Assembly (NCBI GenBank): GCA_001766815.1
Contig: LYOS01000001.1
Span: forward strand, 270,001 to 302,000
From: Candidatus Syntropharchaeum caldarium
Lineage (GTDB): Archaea > Halobacteriota > Syntropharchaeia > Syntropharchaeales > Syntropharchaeaceae
DNA: 32,000 bases
Direction of reading: 5' to 3'
The position numbers were made by a program, and so were the translations under genes. Of this stretch, positions 25,802 to 32,000 are shown one piece after another. Under the pieces are notes generated by a model. The model was not told the DNA's origin. It did not search any database and saw nothing but the letters and a program-made list of their open reading frames with translations. The first letter of the stretch is position 1. Every line of letters begins with the position of its first letter.

Positions 25802-27532
25802 ATGAGAAAATTGCTGGTCTTTCTGATGCTGGCAGCACTTCTTGCAAGTGGGTTTGCAGGGATGCCGGCAGCAGCAGAAGATAAGAAGGTCTTGAAGATC
25901 GAAGGAGGAGATTACGGTTACCCATCCCCCTTCACATTCTATTCAAGAGGTCCGGGGTACATCAGGATGAGCCTCATCTTCGATACCTTGACATGGAAGG
26001 ATGATGAGGAGATAATACCGTGGCTTGCAAAGAGCTGGAAGTCTGAGAATGGCGGTATGAAATGGACGCTGTATCTCGAGGATGATGTGAGGTGGCATGA
26101 TGGCGAGCCGCTAACGGCAGATGATGTGAAGTTCACATACGAGTATATCAAGGATCATAGTGGAACCCCTCTCTTCAAATGGTTCAGTGTCCTGAACTAT
26201 ATGGATCATGTGGAGGCTCCCAATGATCGAACGGTTGTTGTAACCTTAACAGATCCGTTGCCATCCTTCTTGACCGACTTTGCTGGCTGCATCCCGATAA
26301 TTCCGGAGCACATCTGGAAGGATGTTTCAGATCCAACCAGATTCACAGATCCGGAAGCGGTTATCGGAAGTGGACCTTTCAAGCTTGCTGAGTACAACAA
26401 GGCTGAAGGTTACTACCTCTATGAGGCAAATGAGGACTACTTCAAGGGAGTGCCCCTCGTTGATGAGCTAATCCTCCTTGAGGTGGGTGATCCCGCACTT
26501 GCACTAAGCGCCGGGGAGATCGATGAGGCGAGCTTCTGGGGTAGTGAGATTGATGCGGTTGAGACGTTTGAAGCGGATCCGAACTTTGAGGTGATATCTG
26601 GTCCAAGTTTCTGGGTGCTGAAGACGATCTTCAACTGCGAGAAGTACCCGACAAATATACCGGATTTCAGAAGAGCAATAGCATACGGGATAGACAGGGG
26701 TGAAATCATCGATCAGGTGGTGCACGGTGGTGCGATAGTCGCAAACACAGGTATTCTTCATCCGGACTCAAGCTGGTATATGCCAGGCCTTCCGGATTAT
26801 GCGAAGAATGATGCAGTGGCAAATCAACTCCTCGATGATCTTGGCTTCATAGATACAGATGGTGATGGTATAAGAGAGTATCCATCTGGTGAAGATCTTG
26901 AGTTTGAGCTTTTGACAGGAGACAGGTTCGCACGTGAGGCAGAACTTATACAGGAGCAGCTTGAAGCGATCGGGATAAAGACGACCGTCAAGGCGATGAG
27001 TACAAAGACGCTTGACGCTATCCTCAAGGAGGGTAACTTCTACATTGCGGTATCAGGACATGGAGGGGTCGCAAATCCAAACCTGCTGGAGACACCAAAC
27101 TGGCCAGGGGACACGTATCATAACGACAGTTACGATTCGATCTTTCTGGAGCAGGAGACTGAGATGAACCATGCAAAGCGAAAGGATCTTGTGAATCAAC
27201 TGCAGGAAACGATCGCAAACGATTTACCTGTCTACACACTCTACCATCCGTTGATGTGGTCTGTTTACAATCCGGATAAGCTTGACAGGTGGTTCTATAC
27301 ACTGGATGGCGTCGCAACGGGCATACCGATTGAGATGAACAAGCTCATATTCTTTGCAAGGTTTGGCGATGCAAACGAGGACGGTGATATCGATATGCGG
27401 GATGTGACAAAGATCGCACGGATGATCTGCTGGCTCGATCCTGAGGCAGACGCTGCAGATGCGAACCGTGATGATAAGCTTAATGTGCTTGATATAATCT
27501 ATACAGAGCTTATCATACTTGGAAGGGTATAG
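25802..27532 (+). CDS. Family-5 (NikA/DppA/OppA-type) ABC substrate-binding protein with a C-terminal dockerin
   Basis: 576 aa. Signal peptide MRKLLVFLMLAALLASGFAGMPAAA with no Cys. Family-5 core (LEDDVRWHDGEPLTADDVKFTYEYI, IGSGPFKLAEY). The last 56 aa or so (27362-27529) are a dockerin: GDANEDGDIDMRDVTKIARMICWLDPEADAADANRDDKLNVLDIIYTELIILGRV. AAGGAGG Shine-Dalgarno upstream. Confidence 0.85.
   Translation: MRKLLVFLMLAALLASGFAGMPAAAEDKKVLKIEGGDYGYPSPFTFYSRGPGYIRMSLIFDTLTWKDDEEIIPWLAKSWKSENGGMKWTLYLEDDVRWHDGEPLTADDVKFTYEYIKDHSGTPLFKWFSVLNYMDHVEAPNDRTVVVTLTDPLPSFLTDFAGCIPIIPEHIWKDVSDPTRFTDPEAVIGSGPFKLAEYNKAEGYYLYEANEDYFKGVPLVDELILLEVGDPALALSAGEIDEASFWGSEIDAVETFEADPNFEVISGPSFWVLKTIFNCEKYPTNIPDFRRAIAYGIDRGEIIDQVVHGGAIVANTGILHPDSSWYMPGLPDYAKNDAVANQLLDDLGFIDTDGDGIREYPSGEDLEFELLTGDRFAREAELIQEQLEAIGIKTTVKAMSTKTLDAILKEGNFYIAVSGHGGVANPNLLETPNWPGDTYHNDSYDSIFLEQETEMNHAKRKDLVNQLQETIANDLPVYTLYHPLMWSVYNPDKLDRWFYTLDGVATGIPIEMNKLIFFARFGDANEDGDIDMRDVTKIARMICWLDPEADAADANRDDKLNVLDIIYTELIILGRV
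27362..27529 (+). repeat. Dockerin cassette, subtype 2, C-terminal copy
   Basis: Shares the 53-nt identical run with 20332 onward. The same module that is N-terminal in three other SBPs sits here at the extreme C-terminus. Confidence 0.85.
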
Positions 27533-27537
27533 CTTCA

Positions 27538-27575
27538 GGAGAGGGTAAATAAAACCCTTTTCTTCATTTTTTCAG
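27538..27575 (+). terminator. Hairpin plus T-tract between the SBP and permease genes (terminator or attenuator)
   Basis: GGAGAGGGT (27538-27546) pairs with ACCCTTTTC (27554-27562), including G:U pairs, around the loop AAATAAA. TTCATTTTTTC follows. Confidence 0.45.
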
Positions 27576-27585
27576 GATAATAACG

Positions 27586-28566
27586 ATGCACCACCTGACA
27601 AAGATCACCGCGTATATTCTTATCATCTTTGTAGCCATCTCTATCAATTTCGCGCTTCCAAGGATGATGCCGGGCGATCCGATAACCTCCCTGACAGATG
27701 ATCCAACGACAGGGATGCCTGTGATCATGGATGAGGATCTAAAAGAAGAGATTCGCTCATACTACGGGCTTGACAAACCCATATCCGAACAATTTACAGG
27801 TTACCTGAAGGATATTCTGAAATGCGATCTCGGGTGGTCGATATACTACAACGCCCCGGTTGCTGAGGTGATCTTTGAGCGATTGAAGTGGACCCTGCTT
27901 CTTGTTGGAACGTCCACACTGATCTATATGATTCTGGGAATCTTTCTCGGAGCGGTATCGGCATGGAAGAGGGGTGAGAGAGGCGATCTTGGCCTTCTTG
28001 TATCGGTCTTATCTATCGGTTCATTTCCCTCATTCTTCCTCGCGATGCTCTTTATCATTCTGTTTGGGGTAAAGCTTGACATCTTTCCAATATTTGGTGC
28101 AACCACACCATTTATGGAGTATTCAAGCACTTTTGATGCGTTCAAGGATGTTCTGTATCACCTGATTCTCCCGGCATCAACCCTTGTTTTAACCTCGATC
28201 GATGGACCCTATCTCCTGATGCGAAACTCGATGCTTGGTGTACTTGGGGAAGATTATATCGTGACCGCAAGGGCGAAAGGGCTCACAGAGTGGGCAATAC
28301 TCAAGGATCATGCGATAAAGAATGCTCTGCTTCCGATCACCACGGTCATCGCTATTCGGATGGGTTTTATGATATCCGGGGCGATATTTGTTGAGACCGT
28401 CTTTGCATATCCTGGTATTGGGAAGTTACTCTATGATGCGGTCTCTTTCTCTGACTATCCGCTCCTGCAGGGTGCATTCCTGATCATAACCCTGATAATA
28501 ATTGCTGCGAATTTTATTGCGGATATGACCTATTTATATCTGGATCCAAGGGTGAAACATGGATGA
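27586..28566 (+). CDS. ABC permease, DppB/NikB/OppB type
   Basis: 326 aa. INFALPRMMPGDP and ARAKGLTEWAILKDHAIKNALLPITT. Confidence 0.9.
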   Translation: MHHLTKITAYILIIFVAISINFALPRMMPGDPITSLTDDPTTGMPVIMDEDLKEEIRSYYGLDKPISEQFTGYLKDILKCDLGWSIYYNAPVAEVIFERLKWTLLLVGTSTLIYMILGIFLGAVSAWKRGERGDLGLLVSVLSIGSFPSFFLAMLFIILFGVKLDIFPIFGATTPFMEYSSTFDAFKDVLYHLILPASTLVLTSIDGPYLLMRNSMLGVLGEDYIVTARAKGLTEWAILKDHAIKNALLPITTVIAIRMGFMISGAIFVETVFAYPGIGKLLYDAVSFSDYPLLQGAFLIITLIIIAANFIADMTYLYLDPRVKHG

Positions 28567-29414
28567 GGGAAGCTCTCAAATCCGGGAATGTTTTTTGTAA
28601 AAACCGAATAGGCGTTACAGGACTCGGCATTCTGAGTGTTTTTATCCTGACCGCGATCTTTGCGCCGTTTCTCGCACCCTATGATCCGTGTGAGATGTTT
28701 GAGCCGATGGCACCTCCTGATTCTCAGCACGTACTTGGAACAAATGACATTGGTCAGGATATCTGGAGCGAACTGATCTATGCCAGCAGAATCTCACTAT
28801 TTATCGCCTTCACGACATCCATCATAGCAACGTTCATCGGAACTTTATCTGGCCTTTTTTCGGGCTACTATGAGCGTTTCGGGTTTTTTGTGATGCGGGT
28901 CGTGGATCTCTTCCTTGCGCTGCCAAGGCTCCCACTGATCATCATACTTGCGGTATTTATGCCAACGAGCATCTGGAATCTTATTATTATATTTGTCTTA
29001 TTTGGATGGCCCATCACGACACGTATCATACGATCAGAGGTTTTAACGCTTCGAACCCGACCATATATCGATTCTGAAAGGATGATGGGTGCGGGAGATC
29101 TTTATATTCTGGGGCGTCACATTCTCCCAAATATCTTTCCACTGGTTGTTGTCCAGTTTGTGATGGAGGCACGGCATGTGATACTTGCAGAGGCGGGTTT
29201 GAGCTTCCTGGGCCTTGGTGATCCAACATCAAAGAGCTGGGGGATGATGCTCCACTACGCGTTCGAGTATCCGACAATCTTCATATCAGAGGTATGGAAA
29301 TGGTGGATGCTGCCTCCAGGTCTCTGCATCGTTGTTGTGATACTTGCACTTGTATTTGTTGGTTTTGCACTTGAAGAGATATTAAATCCAAGGTTGAGGA
29401 GAGAGATAGTATGA
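28563..29414 (+). CDS. ABC permease, DppC/NikC/OppC type
   Basis: 283 aa. FLAPYDP, VLGTNDIGQDIWSELIYASRISL and MGAGDLYILGRHILPNIFPLVV. ATGA overlaps with the neighbouring genes at both ends. Confidence 0.9.
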   Translation: MREALKSGNVFCKNRIGVTGLGILSVFILTAIFAPFLAPYDPCEMFEPMAPPDSQHVLGTNDIGQDIWSELIYASRISLFIAFTTSIIATFIGTLSGLFSGYYERFGFFVMRVVDLFLALPRLPLIIILAVFMPTSIWNLIIIFVLFGWPITTRIIRSEVLTLRTRPYIDSERMMGAGDLYILGRHILPNIFPLVVVQFVMEARHVILAEAGLSFLGLGDPTSKSWGMMLHYAFEYPTIFISEVWKWWMLPPGLCIVVVILALVFVGFALEEILNPRLRREIV

Positions 29415-30346
29415 ATCTCCTTAAAATCAAAGCTCTCAGGGTCTACTTCCCAACCGATGATGGCATCGTGAAAGCGGTGGATGGGGTTGATCTAAATATA
29501 AAAAGGGAAGAGATACTGGGGCTTATCGGAGAGACGGGGTGTGGAAAGACGGTTCTTGGCATGTCGATCATGCGATTGATCCAGTCCACCACGCTAACAG
29601 ATGGTGAGATAATCTACAAAGACAGAGATCTTCTTTCCTTGAGCGATGATGAGATGCGAAAGATCAGGGGAGGTGAGATCGCGATGGTCCTCCAGAACCC
29701 GATGACCTCTTTGAATCCAGTCATAAGGGTTGGTGAACAGATCGCAGAGACGATCAGACTCCATCAGGGACTGGATAAAAAAGCTGCAAGAAAGCGTGTC
29801 ATCGAGATGCTGCGTGATGTGAGGATTCCAGATCCTGAAAAATCGGTCGATTCATATCCTCATCAGCTAAGCGGTGGGATGCAGGAACGGGTGATGATCG
29901 CGATGGCACTTGCATCCGATCCTGAGCTTATCATCGCAGATGAGCCGACTAAGGGGCTGGATGTGACGGTTAAGAGAGAGATAATCAGGCTTATGAAGGA
30001 AGTGACAGCTAAAAGATCGATGCTATTCATAACACACGATCTCGGGGCTGCAGCAGAGATCTGTGATAATATTGCTGTGATGTATGCCGGAGAGCTTCTT
30101 GAACATGCCAGTGTAGATTCTATATTCAGTGAGCCGCTGCACCCTTACTCAGAAGGACTACTGAACTCTCTTCCAGAAAGAGGTCTAAAACCGATAAGAG
30201 GTATCAGTCCGTCGCTTATCGATACGCCACAGGGATGCAGGTTTCACCCGAGATGTGATTATGCGATGGAGATATGCAGGGAAAAGCATCCTGAGATGGT
30301 TAAATTAGAGGATGGACGTGCTGTGAGGTGTTTCCTGTATGCTTGA
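29411..30346 (+). CDS. ABC ATPase, DppD/OppD/NikD type
   Basis: Walker A GETGCGKT, signature LSGGMQER, Walker B IIADEPTKGLD, and the oligopeptide-type C-terminal extension (PLHPYSEGLLNSLP...GCRFHPRC). Confidence 0.9.
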   Translation: MNLLKIKALRVYFPTDDGIVKAVDGVDLNIKREEILGLIGETGCGKTVLGMSIMRLIQSTTLTDGEIIYKDRDLLSLSDDEMRKIRGGEIAMVLQNPMTSLNPVIRVGEQIAETIRLHQGLDKKAARKRVIEMLRDVRIPDPEKSVDSYPHQLSGGMQERVMIAMALASDPELIIADEPTKGLDVTVKREIIRLMKEVTAKRSMLFITHDLGAAAEICDNIAVMYAGELLEHASVDSIFSEPLHPYSEGLLNSLPERGLKPIRGISPSLIDTPQGCRFHPRCDYAMEICREKHPEMVKLEDGRAVRCFLYA

Positions 30347-31100
30347 AGTTAAAGGCCTCAGCAAGTATTTTTCTTCAGGAATATTAAGAAAGCGTTACAC
30401 AAAAGCCGTGGATGATGTAAATTTCAGTATAAAGAGGGGTGAGACGCTCGGGCTTGTGGGGGAGAGTGGATGCGGTAAAACAACGCTCGGGAGATCCATC
30501 CTGCGGCTCATTGAACCAACCGCTGGGAAAGTCCTCTTCGATGGTATAGATATACTAAAACTGAATAAGAAAGAGCTTAGAACTTTCAGACCCAGGATGC
30601 AGATGATCTTTCAGGATCCCGATGCATCGCTGAATCCCAGAATTAAGATCAAAGAAAGTATTGCAGAGCCATTGAAGCTTCAGAGGGTGGAAAAATGTGA
30701 GATTGAGGGAAAGGTTCAGGAACTTATGGAAAAGGTGGGATTGAGTCCTGAGCATGCAAACCGCTATCCACACCAGTTGAGCGGTGGACAGAATCAGAGG
30801 GTCGTTCTTGCAAGGGTACTTGCTCTAAATCCTGATTTTATCGTTGCAGATGAGCCTACTTCCGCCTTAGATGTCTCTGTTCAGGCGCAGATCTTGAATC
30901 TGATACAGGATCTAAAACGTGAGCTTAACCTGACGCTTCTTTTTATATCGCATGATCTTGAGGTTGTGCGGTATATGAGCGACAGGATCGCGGTGATGTA
31001 TGGTGGTAAGATCGTTGAGATGGGGGATGTGGAAGATATATTCAATAACGCAAAGCACCCTTATACAAAGCTGCTCGTGTCAGGAAAGGAGGTGGTATGA
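30339..31100 (+). CDS. ABC ATPase, DppF/OppF/NikE type
   Basis: Walker A GESGCGKTT, signature LSGGQNQR, Walker B IVADEPTSALD, and HPYTKLL near the C-terminus. Confidence 0.9.
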   Translation: MLEVKGLSKYFSSGILRKRYTKAVDDVNFSIKRGETLGLVGESGCGKTTLGRSILRLIEPTAGKVLFDGIDILKLNKKELRTFRPRMQMIFQDPDASLNPRIKIKESIAEPLKLQRVEKCEIEGKVQELMEKVGLSPEHANRYPHQLSGGQNQRVVLARVLALNPDFIVADEPTSALDVSVQAQILNLIQDLKRELNLTLLFISHDLEVVRYMSDRIAVMYGGKIVEMGDVEDIFNNAKHPYTKLLVSGKEVV

Positions 31101-31918
31101 TCAGAGCCATAGACTGGAACAAACGCTGGATGGAAGCGATGGAGAATAGTTCATTGAGAAGATGTCGTGAGAATATGACAGCATTCTGGAACAGAAGAGC
31201 CAGGCGATATAACGAAGCGGTGAAACGTAATAATCGTTCGATGGAGATGATATCGAAGTTAGATATCGATCCAGCGTACACTGTACTTGATATTGGTGCA
31301 GGACCTGGCACGCTAACGATTCCACTTGCAAAGCGGGTGAAACATGTAACGGTCGTAGAGCCCTCCAGTGGGATGCTCGTCTGTCTGAAGGAGAATGCAA
31401 GAAGTGAGGGATTGAAAAATATAACCTGCATAAACAAGAGATGGGAGGATATCGTCCCTGGAGTCGATCTTGATGAGCACGATCTTGTGATAGCATCCTA
31501 CTCGCTCGCGATGCTGGATATGAAAGAAGCACTCTCGAAGATGAACAGGGTTGCAAGACGATCTGTTTATCTATTTGACTTTGCAGGAGGTCGTATGAAG
31601 GGCTACAGTGAACTCTGGCCCAGGCTGTACGGTGAGGAATTTCGAGCAAGGCCTGATTACATCTATCTCTACAACATCCTCTATGAGATGGGGATCTATG
31701 CAAACGTTGAGATCTCAAAGACCGAGTTCAAAGAGCGATTTTCAAGTCTAAATGAGGCGATAGAGGAATGGAAGGAGAATCTTGGTGTATCAACGCCAGA
31801 AGCAGAGGAAGTGATAAGAACCTATCTCTCAGCGAATCTGGTCGAAGAAGACGGTGCGTTCTACTTGAAGAATGAAATAAAGTCTGCGATGATCTGGTGG
31901 AAGAAAACAGACGGATAA
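31097..31918 (+). CDS. SAM-dependent methyltransferase (fourth; a family distinct from paralogs 1-3)
   Basis: SAM motif I VLDIGAGPGTLTIPLAKRVKHVTVVEPSSGML. ATGA overlap (31097-31100) with the stop of the ABC ATPase gene. Confidence 0.7.
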   Translation: MIRAIDWNKRWMEAMENSSLRRCRENMTAFWNRRARRYNEAVKRNNRSMEMISKLDIDPAYTVLDIGAGPGTLTIPLAKRVKHVTVVEPSSGMLVCLKENARSEGLKNITCINKRWEDIVPGVDLDEHDLVIASYSLAMLDMKEALSKMNRVARRSVYLFDFAGGRMKGYSELWPRLYGEEFRARPDYIYLYNILYEMGIYANVEISKTEFKERFSSLNEAIEEWKENLGVSTPEAEEVIRTYLSANLVEEDGAFYLKNEIKSAMIWWKKTDG

Positions 31919-31985
31919 AGTGCTGATCTTGAAGAAAGGTAGTTTTACTGAACAATTTTTGATCTTATCTAATATTACTAATATC

Positions 31986-32000
31986 AAAAACTTTATTAAT
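31986..32000 (+). promoter_or_regulatory. Shared promoter cassette at the window edge (downstream gene not visible)
   Basis: Exact AAAAACTTTATTAAT, preceded by TATTACTAATATC. This resembles the TACTAA element upstream of the 8256(-) and 24584 copies. Confidence 0.45.

Noticed and set aside
31101-31718. 205-aa minus-strand ORF antisense to the fourth methyltransferase (similar shadow ORFs at 31042-31437 and 31728-31955)
   Set aside because: They are shadow ORFs opposite a gene with a clear SAM-binding motif. Their translations are Ser/Arg/Leu-rich with no recognisable features.
8256-32000. The repeated 15-mer AAAAACTTTATTAAT as terminal repeats of a mobile element, att sites or a CRISPR-like array
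   Set aside because: The copies sit at a constant 44-49 nt upstream of start codons, oriented with the genes. No transposase or integrase gene is present and there is no regular repeat-spacer periodicity. A promoter function explains them fully.

Overview
The window looks like an archaeal chromosome segment, most likely from a methanogen or methanotroph of the Methanosarcinales type. This is inferred from BRE/TATA-type promoters, a methyl-coenzyme M reductase component A2 (atwA) homolog and Shine-Dalgarno leaders. Bases 1-5900 carry housekeeping genes. On the minus strand: atwA, tRNA-Ala(GGC), a Rossmann/ThiF-like protein, an M24 Xaa-Pro peptidase and a PHP phosphoesterase. On the plus strand: a LeuA/CimA-family synthase with a disrupted 5' end and a PRC-barrel protein. 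Bases 5900-32000 form a dense accessory-looking island. It holds a large acidic surface protein and three consecutive cohesin-module proteins: two membrane-anchored single-cohesin proteins and one secreted protein with four cohesins plus a C-terminal dockerin. It also holds three ABC importer loci, one FecB/BtuF-type (iron-chelate/corrinoid) and two NikA/DppA/OppA-type (nickel/peptide). All four substrate-binding proteins (SBPs) of these importers carry a dockerin module instead of a lipid or transmembrane anchor. Interleaved with the transporters are four class I SAM-dependent methyltransferases (some translationally coupled to transporter genes), a CooC-type nickel-insertion ATPase, a truncated flavin-reductase-like ORF and a polytopic membrane protein. 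The operons share a near-identical promoter and leader cassette. The main hypothesis is a cellulosome-like cohesin-dockerin scaffold that tethers transporter SBPs, probably for trace metals or metal chelates, to the archaeal cell surface. I saw no rRNA, CRISPR array, transposase or integrase.
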